From an uncultured Candidatus Saccharibacteria bacterium (GTDB lineage: Bacteria > Patescibacteriota > Minisyncoccia > Phycocordibacterales > Phycocordibacteraceae): a stretch of 63,261 nucleotides of DNA. This document shows, piece after piece, positions 33,575 through 42,492 of this stretch. The position numbers and the translations under genes were made by a program. Below the pieces are notes generated by a model that was not told the DNA's origin, did not search any database, and was given only the letters and a program-made list of their open reading frames with translations. The DNA is taken from assembly GCA_964550425.1 (NCBI GenBank), contig CAZJZB010000004.1, positions 1-63,261 of the forward strand. The letters are read 5' to 3'. The number at the start of each line of letters is the position of its first letter. Position 1 is the stretch's first letter.

Positions 33575-35164
33575 ATGTCCCGCAGAATATTTGCGACGAA
33601 CTTTCTTGCGTTCGCACTGCTTGTCGGAGGCGTAGCGTACGCCGCGGAGGCCGATATCATATTCCCGGTCGCAGAACTTGGCGGTTGCGAATCGAAGGAA
33701 GCATGCAAAACATATTGCGATCTCAAAGCGAACATAAACCAATGTCTCTCTTTCGCTGAAGCGCACGATCTGATTGGCAAGGAGGACGCAGCGATAGCTC
33801 GGAAAATCGGCAGTACCGAAGGCCCGGGGGGCTGCATGGGGGTGGAGTGCCGAGCGTACTGTGAAGTCGAGGAACATTTTGAAGAATGTATCGCCTTTGC
33901 CGAGGAACATGGGATCATAAAAGCGGAGGATGCTAAATATGCGCGGATCCTCAAAGAGAAGTCAGGACCAGGCGGTTGTCGGGGTATTGAATGCAAAGCG
34001 TACTGCGAGAACGATGCACACTTTGACAAATGTCTCGCGTTTGCGGAGGAAAATGGGTTCATCTCAAAAGAGGAGGCGGTCATGGCAAAGAAGATAGGAA
34101 CCGAAGCGGGTCCTGGCGGCTGTAAGAGAGAGGAATGTCGAACGTACTGCGAGGATGTCTCGCACGCGGAGGCGTGTCTTGCTTTTGCAGAAGAGCATGG
34201 ACTCATGTCGCAAGAAGATCTTGTCAAAGCAAAACACTTTATCGGCAAAACCGGTCCGGGAGGTTGCAGAGGCGTTGAGTGCAAAACCTATTGCGAAGAT
34301 TCCACTCATGGCGATGAGTGCCTCGCGTTCGCGGAAGAGAACGGCCTCATTTCGAAAGAGGATGGCGAGCGCGCACGGAAATTCATGAATATCGAGGGTC
34401 CCGGCGGTTGCCACGGAGAAAAATGCCGCACATACTGTGACAATCCAGACAATCGCGAAGTGTGCTTTGCTTTTGCCAAAGAGCACGATCTTATTCCACA
34501 AGAACAGCTCGATCAGTCCGAGAAACTTTTCAATAGTACCGGCCCGGGCGGTTGCAAAGGATTTGAGTGCAAAACGTATTGCGAGGATACATCACATCAA
34601 AGTGAATGTCAGAAATTTGCCGAAGAACATGGCTTCATGCAGCGTTCTGACGGGCCTCTTCCTCCGGAGGGGATGATGCAAGAATTTGAGGGCGAGCAGG
34701 GTTCCCGCGGCACCGAGGAGGGAATAGAGGGCCTTCCCCGCGGGGTGATGCACGGAAGACAAGGAGGCGTACCGGACGGAGCGATGTCTCTTCCTCCAAA
34801 TACCGGGGACTTTCGGAATCAATATCAAGACGAGTATCAGAAGCAATACGGAGAGCAATACCAAAACCAGTACCAGCAGGAATATCAGAAGCAGTATGAG
34901 TCCGAGTATCAGAAATACCAGCAAGATCCAAATGCATACCCGTCACCTTCATATTCTCCGTCTTCAGGAGGTACTGGAACCTACGAAGAAAAGAGTCAGT
35001 CCTCACCGGACAGTTCATACGCGCCACCGCCTTCTGGAAACACCTATTCTGACAGTAGTTCCTATGTATCGTCGCCTTCTCCACTAACCTCCACCAGCTT
35101 TGATCGCGGGCTGTTGATTGGCTCCGCATATGCGGCGGTCTTCAATTTACTCTTTAGTAAATGA
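33575..35164 (+). CDS. secreted repeat protein: seven 48-aa Cys4 repeats plus a Q/Y-rich low-complexity tail and a C-terminal hydrophobic segment
   Basis: Signal peptide, then 7 copies of GPGGC-x4-C-x3-C-x8-C-xFAEEHG-(I/L). Next comes a (E)YQ(K/N)QY-rich stretch, an S/P-rich stretch, and a terminal hydrophobic helix. Confidence 0.7.
   Translation: MSRRIFATNFLAFALLVGGVAYAAEADIIFPVAELGGCESKEACKTYCDLKANINQCLSFAEAHDLIGKEDAAIARKIGSTEGPGGCMGVECRAYCEVEEHFEECIAFAEEHGIIKAEDAKYARILKEKSGPGGCRGIECKAYCENDAHFDKCLAFAEENGFISKEEAVMAKKIGTEAGPGGCKREECRTYCEDVSHAEACLAFAEEHGLMSQEDLVKAKHFIGKTGPGGCRGVECKTYCEDSTHGDECLAFAEENGLISKEDGERARKFMNIEGPGGCHGEKCRTYCDNPDNREVCFAFAKEHDLIPQEQLDQSEKLFNSTGPGGCKGFECKTYCEDTSHQSECQKFAEEHGFMQRSDGPLPPEGMMQEFEGEQGSRGTEEGIEGLPRGVMHGRQGGVPDGAMSLPPNTGDFRNQYQDEYQKQYGEQYQNQYQQEYQKQYESEYQKYQQDPNAYPSPSYSPSSGGTGTYEEKSQSSPDSSYAPPPSGNTYSDSSSYVSSPSPLTSTSFDRGLLIGSAYAAVFNLLFSK
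33677..34670 (+). repeat. 7 tandem 144-nt coding repeats (48-aa Cys4 module)
   Basis: The repeats are seen in translation and have diverged at the nucleotide level. Boundaries are approximate. Confidence 0.7.
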
Positions 35165-35217
35165 TCATTGTTCTAGTGTTGCTCCGAAAGACAAAAGCGT
35201 TTTGCTATACTTCCCTT

Positions 35218-35762
35218 ATGCAGAGCGAGAAACTTAGGCCGCATTTTCTCATGGTTCTTCTTGTTGGAGCGATTATCCTCGTGACGTTTATATTCGCACC
35301 GTTCCTCAAGCCGCTCGCGCTTGCCGCGGTGTTCGCCGTCGTACTGCAAGGGCTCTATGGAAGAATATCAAACATGCTTGGCGATTGGCCGAGCATCGCA
35401 GCATTTTTGGAATTCCAAACGGTTTTCTCTGGGGAACGGTTGCTGCGATTGCGGCCCTTATTCCCGGCATCGGGACGGCGCTTGTGTTCATCCCCGCGAT
35501 CGCCTTTCTTTTTTTTATCGGGAACATACCGCAGGCGCTCGGACTTCTCGCCTGGGGTGCTCTTGCGGTCGGACTTATCGATAATATTCTCGGGCCGAAG
35601 CTTGTCGGAAGAGGGATGCAACTTCATTCACTTCTCGTTCTTCTCTCGGTCCTCGGCGAAATAATATTCTTCGGTCCAAGTGGCATCTTCCTTGGCCCCT
35701 TGTCGCTGAGTTTGCTTTTTGTTCTCCTCTCAATCTATGCTGATGTCTCGCGCAGATTTTAG
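35218..35762 (+). pseudogene. AI-2E family transporter (PerM/UPF0118) remnant with internal deletion and frameshift
   Basis: An N-terminal ~60 aa (MQSEKLRPHFLMVLLVGAIIL...) is in one frame. The C-terminal ~120 aa (GIPNGFLWGTVAAIAALIPGIGTALVFIPA...GPKLVGRGMQLHSL) is in another frame. The middle ~150 aa of a normal family member are missing. Confidence 0.55.
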
Positions 35763-35864
35763 GACTTTATAAAAATAGTCTTCTAAGACCGGTGTATGTT
35801 AGAATTCTACGACAGGGAATTAGGACGGGACTCTTTTTATCAAAAATTCATTTAAACGCAATGT

Positions 35865-36593
35865 ATGGAAACAGGTTCAAAGCAAAATAGTTTATCAATT
35901 TCTTCTGCCATTGTGATCGCCGGAGTTCTCATCGCCGGAGCGATATTTCTTAGCGGCAATCCCAAGACCGTTACCGGCACGCAGCCGCAAGCGGTACCGC
36001 CAGTGGGGGCGGCACAGGCAAGTGACTTGGATAAGATGAGGCCGATCAGCACAGAAGATCACATTCGAGGCAATCCTGATGCCCCGATTAAAATCGTTGA
36101 GTACTCTGATACTGAATGCCCATTCTGCAAACGATTTCACGAGACCATGAAGCAAGTCATGGATGAATACGGCAAAGACGGAAGGGTTGCATGGGTCTAT
36201 CGTAATTTCCCTCTGGATCAACTGCATCCGAAGGCGCGGAGCGAAGCGGTCGCTCTTGAATGTGCCAACGATCAGGGCGGCAACGACTCATTTTGGGCCT
36301 ACACAGATCGTCTCTATGAAGTGACCCCATCCAATAACGGACTTGATCCGGCCGAGCTTCAGAACATAGCCGCATACGTAGGCCTGAATATGGCGAAGTT
36401 CAACACCTGTCTCACGAGCGGGAAATTCACCAAGCATATTGAAGACAGTGTTCAGGATGCTGCTGCTACTGGCGGTAACGGAACGCCATGGAGCATCGTG
36501 GTCGCAAAAAACGGAAAGAAATATCCATTATCCGGTGCACAACCGTACTCCGCGGTGAAGCAACTCATTGATCTAGCACTACAGGGGAAATAA
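35865..36593 (+). CDS. membrane-anchored DsbA-family thiol:disulfide oxidoreductase
   Basis: N-terminal TM helix and the thioredoxin-fold active site EYSDTECPFCKRFH. Confidence 0.8.
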   Translation: METGSKQNSLSISSAIVIAGVLIAGAIFLSGNPKTVTGTQPQAVPPVGAAQASDLDKMRPISTEDHIRGNPDAPIKIVEYSDTECPFCKRFHETMKQVMDEYGKDGRVAWVYRNFPLDQLHPKARSEAVALECANDQGGNDSFWAYTDRLYEVTPSNNGLDPAELQNIAAYVGLNMAKFNTCLTSGKFTKHIEDSVQDAAATGGNGTPWSIVVAKNGKKYPLSGAQPYSAVKQLIDLALQGK

Positions 36594-36595
36594 CT

Positions 36596-37138
36596 ATGAT
36601 CGTTCACGTTTTGCAAAAAGTATTTCAAAAGCCACCATACATACTTATTGCTCTTGCGACAAGCGTTATCGTGTTTGTCTTTGCCGTATGGCTCCCAAAC
36701 ATTCCATTGATTGTGGAAGTTATGGGACATTCAAGCGTGTCCTTTTCACAGAGGATTGATCTGCCGATTAGCTTGCTTGGTTCTATTGCAACCAACTTCA
36801 CGCTACTTTCTGCCTCGTATACAATTGCTATTGCCGTTTTGTTCGGCATCAACCTCGCCATGATTATCTATTTCTTGCGTCGCAGGATAGTTGAAGTGAA
36901 ACAGAGCGGGATCGCAACTGGATTTTTAGGAATAACGAGCGGCGTGGTCGGTATGGGGTGTGCTGCATGCGGATCGCTTCTTCTCATGAGCATTCTTTCG
37001 GTCTTTGGCGCATCTTGGATACTCTCGTTTCTGCCGTTTAACGGTGGCGAATTCGGCATTCTTGGCGTGATACTGCTTGCGACCTCTCTTTCTATGATTG
37101 CAAAACAAATCCAAAATCCTGCGGTATGCAGAATTTAA
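36596..37138 (+). CDS. polytopic membrane protein with an intramembrane CxxC (GMGCAACGS)
   Basis: About 5 predicted TM helices with a single CAAC pair in a Gly-rich helix. The start is 2 nt after the DsbA stop. Confidence 0.5.
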   Translation: MIVHVLQKVFQKPPYILIALATSVIVFVFAVWLPNIPLIVEVMGHSSVSFSQRIDLPISLLGSIATNFTLLSASYTIAIAVLFGINLAMIIYFLRRRIVEVKQSGIATGFLGITSGVVGMGCAACGSLLLMSILSVFGASWILSFLPFNGGEFGILGVILLATSLSMIAKQIQNPAVCRI

Positions 37139-37153
37139 TTATCTTATAAAAAT

Positions 37154-37750
37154 ATGGACTCACAACAGAAACGTAATTTCCAGAAAATTGTCTCATGGGT
37201 TTTGGGCGGCGGTCTGACGATTGCAGCGATCGGAGGTCTTATATGGTTCGTTGCGACACGACCTCCCATTCCGGAATCTGAAATCATTTCGAAAAAAGGC
37301 ATCCACTGGCATTCAGAACTTACTATCTATATGAAAGGAGTAAAACAAGAAATCCCGGCAAATATCGGCATTGGCGCTGTCCATCAGCCGATACATACGC
37401 ATGACGCGATAGGAACGATACATCTTGAGTTCCAGGGACTGGTTCGCAAACAGGATATTACTCTTGGTCAATTCTTCAAAAATTGGGGCAAGGATATGCA
37501 ATCATTCGGATCGAATATGCGACCGAGCGATGAGCGAGGAAGTACTGAGGCCAGCAGGTCGAATATGCGACCGAGCGATGAGCGAGGAAGTACTGAGGCC
37601 AGCAGGTCGAATATGCGACCGAGCGATGAGCGAGGAAGTACTGAGGCCAGCAGGCCGAATGTGAGAATGACCGTCAACGGCGAAGAAAACATTGAGTACG
37701 AGAACTACGTCATGCACGACAAGGACATCATCGAGTTGCGCTTCGAATAA
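37154..37750 (+). CDS. membrane-anchored protein with a His-rich motif and a 3x16-aa tandem repeat insert
   Basis: TM anchor, the motif HWHSELTIY...HQPIHTHDAIGTIHLE, then SNMRPSDERGSTEASR three times. Confidence 0.55.
   Translation: MDSQQKRNFQKIVSWVLGGGLTIAAIGGLIWFVATRPPIPESEIISKKGIHWHSELTIYMKGVKQEIPANIGIGAVHQPIHTHDAIGTIHLEFQGLVRKQDITLGQFFKNWGKDMQSFGSNMRPSDERGSTEASRSNMRPSDERGSTEASRSNMRPSDERGSTEASRPNVRMTVNGEENIEYENYVMHDKDIIELRFE
37511..37654 (+). repeat. perfect 48-bp x 3 tandem repeat (in frame)
   Basis: tcgaatatgcgaccgagcgatgagcgaggaagtactgaggccagcagg is repeated three times without mismatch, followed by a degenerate partial unit. Confidence 0.9.
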
Positions 37751-37771
37751 GGAAGGTTTCCGTGTACTTGT

Positions 37772-39877
37772 ATGAAAAATTCCCACGATACACATTCATA
37801 TACTTGTCCGATGCATCCGGAGATTGTGAGAAATGTGGCTGGCATGTGCCCGGAGTGCGGGATGAATCTCATCCCGACCGATGCAAAGAAAACTGACGGG
37901 CACGAAGAGCACAATAAGCACGCAGGCCATCAAACCGAATCGTTCCTGAGGAAGTTTTGGGTTGCTTTTGCGCTTACTATTCCGATTTTCTTTTATTCGG
38001 AAATGGCGAAAATGATTTTTAACATACAGGCACCGGAGTTCCCCGGATCGCAGTATGTTTTCCTCGCTATTGGAAGTTTCGTCTTCTTCTATTGCGGATG
38101 GATTTTCCTCGCGAGTGCGTACCGCGAACTGCAGGCCCGATTGCCCGGGATGATGACACTCATCGCGATTGCCATCACGGCCGCGTACCTCTACAGTTTC
38201 TTTTCAATACTTCTGGGCGGGCATCACGATCTATTGTTTGAACTCTCATCGCTTATCGCCATCATGCTTCTGGGGCATTGGATAGAGATGAAGTCGGTGC
38301 AGGGCGCCCAGGGAGCGTTACGGGAGTTGGCAAAGCTCTTGCCCGATACAGCAGAAGTCATGAGAGGGAATAAGACCGAGATCATACCTCTCGGCGAACT
38401 TTGGGCGGGCGATGTTGTGTTGATAAAGCCGGGGGCAAAAATCCCCGCTGATGGAAAAATCATCGAGGGGAGATCGGATATCAATGAATCCGTCATTACT
38501 GGTGAATCAAGACCGGTGGAAAAATCTACAGGTGCGATGGTCATCGCCGGCTCCATTAATGGCGATGGAAGCATCAAAGTAGAAATAGAAAAGATAGGCG
38601 AGCACACATTTCTTGCCGGGGTTATGCGACTTGTTGCCGATGCGGAAGCGTCTAAGTCGCGTCTTCAGATGCTCTCGGATCAAGCGGCGTTCTATCTCAC
38701 CATTATTGCGATTGTGGTCGGCACGATTACTTTTGGCGTATGGATTCTAGTCGGAGCGGGAATCGTGATAGCAACCGAGCGGCTTGTCGCAGTTCTTGTC
38801 ATTACCTGTCCGCACGCTCTCGGGCTCGCAGTTCCTCTGGTCGCATCGATTTCAACCACGATGGCAGCGAAGAACGGCTTGCTTGTGAAAGAGCGCCGCG
38901 CGCTTGAAGCGGCTCGAAATATCGATATCGTCTTATTTGATAAAACAGGGACACTTACCAAAGGGGAATTCGGCGTAGATGCAGTCATTGCAAATGGCGG
39001 CGTTACCGAAGATGCTGTTCTCAAGATTGCGGCTTCGATTAACAACAATTCGGAACATCCATTGGCGAAGGCAATGGTGCGGGAGGCAGAAAAAAGAAAC
39101 ATCTCCCCGGTTCCGGTAAAAGATTTTTCCCGAGTCGCCGGTAAGGGAACAAGGGGAATCATTGAACAGAGCGAAACGTATGTCGGTAATGATTATTTTC
39201 TTACAGAAAACAATATAGTAATTTCAAACGAGTATCAAAATCAAATAGATACGCTATCAAAAGAAGGGAAAACGGTCATTCATGTGATTTCGGATAAAAA
39301 ACTTCTCGGCAGTATCGCGCTTGCGGATATTATCAGGGAAGAATCGCGCGAGGCGATTCAAACCCTGAAGAATCTCGGCGTCAAAACAGCGATGATCACC
39401 GGTGATTCGGAGGATGTTGCTTCGTGGGTAGCTGGAGAATTGGGCATTGACGAGTATTTTGCCAAAGTTATGCCAGGCCAAAAGGCCGAAAAAGTCAGAT
39501 TGCTCCAAAGCAAAGGCAAAAAAGTAGCGATGGTTGGAGACGGCATTAATGACGCTCCGGCTCTTACTCAAGCGGACCTCGGCATCGCGATTGGTGCCGG
39601 CACAAATGTCGCTATTGAATCAGCCGGGATTATTTTGGTAAAAAATGACCCTCGAGATATTCCGAAGATCATTAAGCTCTCAAAGCTTACCTACGCCAAG
39701 ATGATTCAGAATCTCTTTTGGGCGACCGGGTACAATGTGGTCGCCATTCCGCTTGCGGCCGGCGTACTGGCATCCAAAGGTATCGTATTGGAGCCGGCAA
39801 TCGCAGCGGTACTCATGAGCGTTTCAACGGTTATTGTGGCAATCAACGCCGTACTTCTTCGCCGCAAAGCGTTATAA
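37772..39877 (+). CDS. copper-translocating P1B-type ATPase, CopB-like (CPH motif)
   Basis: N-terminal YTCPMHPE...CPECGM metal-binding finger and a His-rich stretch. Motifs TM CPH (VITCPHALG), DKTGTLT, GDGINDAP and MSVSTVIVAINA. Confidence 0.85.
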   Translation: MKNSHDTHSYTCPMHPEIVRNVAGMCPECGMNLIPTDAKKTDGHEEHNKHAGHQTESFLRKFWVAFALTIPIFFYSEMAKMIFNIQAPEFPGSQYVFLAIGSFVFFYCGWIFLASAYRELQARLPGMMTLIAIAITAAYLYSFFSILLGGHHDLLFELSSLIAIMLLGHWIEMKSVQGAQGALRELAKLLPDTAEVMRGNKTEIIPLGELWAGDVVLIKPGAKIPADGKIIEGRSDINESVITGESRPVEKSTGAMVIAGSINGDGSIKVEIEKIGEHTFLAGVMRLVADAEASKSRLQMLSDQAAFYLTIIAIVVGTITFGVWILVGAGIVIATERLVAVLVITCPHALGLAVPLVASISTTMAAKNGLLVKERRALEAARNIDIVLFDKTGTLTKGEFGVDAVIANGGVTEDAVLKIAASINNNSEHPLAKAMVREAEKRNISPVPVKDFSRVAGKGTRGIIEQSETYVGNDYFLTENNIVISNEYQNQIDTLSKEGKTVIHVISDKKLLGSIALADIIREESREAIQTLKNLGVKTAMITGDSEDVASWVAGELGIDEYFAKVMPGQKAEKVRLLQSKGKKVAMVGDGINDAPALTQADLGIAIGAGTNVAIESAGIILVKNDPRDIPKIIKLSKLTYAKMIQNLFWATGYNVVAIPLAAGVLASKGIVLEPAIAAVLMSVSTVIVAINAVLLRRKAL

Positions 39878-39889
39878 TTATGAAAACGT

Positions 39890-40273
39890 ATGGAATTTGA
39901 TTACACTACAACCACAACAAAGGCCTTCGACGCGGCGGTCCAAAGCGTACAAGACGAAATCGCCAAAGCCGGCATGCGGGTTTTGTATATTCATGATGTA
40001 CAAAAAACGTTAGCCGAAAAGGGTTTTGAGAGAGAGCCGTTTAAAATCATCGAGTTTTGCAATGCAAAGTTCGCCAACGAGTTTTTGAGTAAAGATATTA
40101 AAATCGGTCTTTGCTTGCCCTGCAAGATAAATGTGTACGTCAAAGACGAACAAACTTTTATTTCCGGCATGCGGCCGATTATTTTGTCACAGTTCTTTCC
40201 GCAGGCCGATTTGGGCGAGAGGCCGAAAGAGATTGATCAGATCATTCAAAACATTATCAATAACGCAAAATAG
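39890..40273 (+). CDS. DUF302 domain protein
   Basis: 127 aa. The pattern FKIIEFCNAKFANEFL...LPCKINVY is typical of DUF302 as I recall it. Confidence 0.6.
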   Translation: MEFDYTTTTTKAFDAAVQSVQDEIAKAGMRVLYIHDVQKTLAEKGFEREPFKIIEFCNAKFANEFLSKDIKIGLCLPCKINVYVKDEQTFISGMRPIILSQFFPQADLGERPKEIDQIIQNIINNAK

Positions 40274-40276
40274 TTT

Positions 40277-41818
40277 ATGAAAAACAAAACACTTTTTATA
40301 TTCATTGGAATGATAATTCTCGGCGTGTTTGCGCTTGGAAATGAAAAGTTTCTAGCGCCTCCTATATCTGCCGTAGAAAGTTCAGTCGTTGATCTAAAGG
40401 ACGGCGATACTTTTGACCTCACCGCCGCATACGTCACAAAAGAAATCAGTGGAAGAAGTCAGAGGATGCTTGCCTATAATGGCTCCATCCCCGGACCGAC
40501 TATTCGTATCACGCAAGGTGCAGAAATTACTATCAACTTCAAAAACAATACCGACCTACCCGCGCTTCTTCACTCGCATGGCGTACGCATGGACAACGCC
40601 TTTGACGGTTCGCAATTACAACAAAAAGAAATGGAGCCGGGCGAGTTATTTTCCTATAAACTCAAGTTTCCTGATGCGGGCGTCTATTGGTATCATCCGC
40701 ACGCAAAGGAAGTATACGGACAGGGTCTGGGGCTCTATGGCGCTTTTATCGTTACCTCAACTGATTCGGCGTATTTCCCGCCTGTGAATCGTGAAGTACC
40801 GCTCTTTCTGTCCGATGTTCCTGTCGAAAATGGCAACATTGCGCTTGATAAAAACAAAACAAGCCATTCTCTGATGGGACACTACGGCAATGTGATGCTC
40901 ATAAACGGAGAAGAAAACTATATCCTTCGCGCAAAGTCGGGAGAGGTTGTGAGAATGTATGTGGTAAACGCGGCAAATGCCCGACCGTTTAATTTTGCGA
41001 TTAATGGATTAAAACTCAAACGCATCGGCGCGGATAGCGGCGCATACGAAAAAGCATCGTTTGTGGACAGTGTGGTACTTGGCCCGTCAGAGAGAGTAAT
41101 CGTTGATGTATTCTTGTCTATACCCGGATCGTACGAAATACAAAACAAAACTCCCGAGAAGACCTATTCTTTAGGGACTATTGTTGTGGGGAATGAAAAG
41201 ACAGACGCTTCTTACAAAAGCGAATTTAGTGTGCTTCAAAATAATGCCGCGACGACACGAAGTGTCGATTCATTCCGCGCATATTTCAACACGGAGCCGG
41301 ACAAACAGATAAAACTCTCGATAAACTTTATGGGAAATATGCAGAGCATGATGGGTGGCGGACATATGATGCCCGACGGCACGGTGATGGGAGGATCTAT
41401 GATGATGAGCGCGCCCAAAGAAGGGATTGAGTGGGAAGACGATATGCAGATGATGAATCAGATGGCAAACGCCAATATGGTGAAGTGGAAAATAATCGAT
41501 CAAGACACAAGCAAAGAGAATATGGATATTGACTGGTCGTTCAAACAAGGCGAACCAGTGAAGATCCGGATTTTCAACGATCCAACATCAATGCATCCAA
41601 TGCAACACCCGATCCACTTCCACGGACAGCGATTTCTCGTGATTGCTCGAAATGGGGTGACACAAACAAATCTTGTATGGAAAGATACGACCTTAGTGAA
41701 GTCGGGAGAAACGGTTGATATCATTCTCGATCCATCAAACCCGGGTACGTGGATGGCACATTGTCACATCTCGGAGCATTTGGAGGCCGGGATGATGTTC
41801 AGCTTCGAGGTGCAATAA
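40277..41818 (+). CDS. multicopper oxidase (CueO/laccase-like) with a Met-rich insert
   Basis: Copper ligand motifs HSHG, YWYHPH, HPIHFHG and HCHISEHLEAGMM. The Met-rich segment is MGNMQSMMGGGHMMPDGTVMGGSMMM. Confidence 0.85.
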   Translation: MKNKTLFIFIGMIILGVFALGNEKFLAPPISAVESSVVDLKDGDTFDLTAAYVTKEISGRSQRMLAYNGSIPGPTIRITQGAEITINFKNNTDLPALLHSHGVRMDNAFDGSQLQQKEMEPGELFSYKLKFPDAGVYWYHPHAKEVYGQGLGLYGAFIVTSTDSAYFPPVNREVPLFLSDVPVENGNIALDKNKTSHSLMGHYGNVMLINGEENYILRAKSGEVVRMYVVNAANARPFNFAINGLKLKRIGADSGAYEKASFVDSVVLGPSERVIVDVFLSIPGSYEIQNKTPEKTYSLGTIVVGNEKTDASYKSEFSVLQNNAATTRSVDSFRAYFNTEPDKQIKLSINFMGNMQSMMGGGHMMPDGTVMGGSMMMSAPKEGIEWEDDMQMMNQMANANMVKWKIIDQDTSKENMDIDWSFKQGEPVKIRIFNDPTSMHPMQHPIHFHGQRFLVIARNGVTQTNLVWKDTTLVKSGETVDIILDPSNPGTWMAHCHISEHLEAGMMFSFEVQ

Positions 41819-41881
41819 TTGCAGCAGAAGGGTTATAATGAACAGAGGTCGATTACTACAGTGAACTAATCATAGCAACTT

Positions 41882-42016
41882 ATGATGGGATATGGATATG
41901 GCTACGAAGGCATGATGGGAGGAGTGGGATCGTTCGGCTTCCTCACATGGCTGGTAGTGTTTGCGGATCTCGTTCTTGTGGGTATCTGGCTCTGGCAGCA
42001 GGTTTCAAAGAAGTAA
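41882..42016 (+). CDS. small Gly/Tyr/Met-rich single-TM peptide (44 aa)
   Basis: Hand translation MMGYGYGYEGMMGGVGSFGFLTWLVVFADLVLVGIWLWQQVSKK. It falls below the ORF-track cutoff and lies directly after the multicopper oxidase. Confidence 0.4.
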   Translation: MMGYGYGYEGMMGGVGSFGFLTWLVVFADLVLVGIWLWQQVSKK

Positions 42017-42078
42017 GGACGCTTCACTATTTAGCGTTTCCATACATCTGTTTTGAACTTTGTGTTTTTACGCAAATA

Positions 42079-42104
42079 AAAGACCACCCCGTAAGGTGGT
42101 CTTT
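42079..42104 (-). terminator. intrinsic terminator for the minus-strand gene 42133-42492
   Basis: aaagaccacc / ggtggtcttt forms a 10-bp stem. On the minus strand it is followed by ttttatttg. Confidence 0.65.
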
Positions 42105-42132
42105 GTCGGACGATACTTCGCTTGGCGCATCA

Positions 42133-42492
42133 TCAATCGACAGTGATGATGCTTCCATTCGGGGCGGGCTTTTTCTCGCAGACGGGACAGTAGGGAACGT
42201 TCTCATAGGAACATTGCCCACCTCCCGAGAGCGGGAATGGTCCGTCGTGAATCGGATGCTCGACTCTCGCTCCGAGTATGACTGTCGCGCACTTCACACA
42301 TTTCCAACTGGCGTCATGTTTTGCTTTTGCCACATAGATGTGGTTCTGGTTGTACTTTTTGCGGACGTAGAAAAATCCGGCTCGGCTCGGTAAATCCGCC
42401 CGCTCAAGCTTGTGATCGTCATTGGGAGATCCAACGTCGGACCAACGTGCCTGAGCGAGTTCTTGCAGTAATGCAAAAGTTGTTTCCATCAT
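42133..42492 (-). CDS. hypothetical protein with two Cys pairs (CVKC ... CPVC)
   Basis: 119-aa ORF followed by a terminator. The Cys pairs suggest a Zn-ribbon-like fold. I recognise no family. Confidence 0.45.
   Translation of the reverse strand: MMETTFALLQELAQARWSDVGSPNDDHKLERADLPSRAGFFYVRKKYNQNHIYVAKAKHDASWKCVKCATVILGARVEHPIHDGPFPLSGGGQCSYENVPYCPVCEKKPAPNGSIITVD

Noticed and set aside
33493-34284. A 263-aa minus-strand ORF opposite the Cys-repeat gene.
   Set aside because: It reflects the repeat periodicity of the plus-strand gene and has no start context or motifs.
37511-37654. The 48-bp perfect repeats might be a small CRISPR array.
   Set aside because: The units are directly adjacent with no spacers. 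They lie in frame inside a coding sequence, and no cas genes or leader are nearby.
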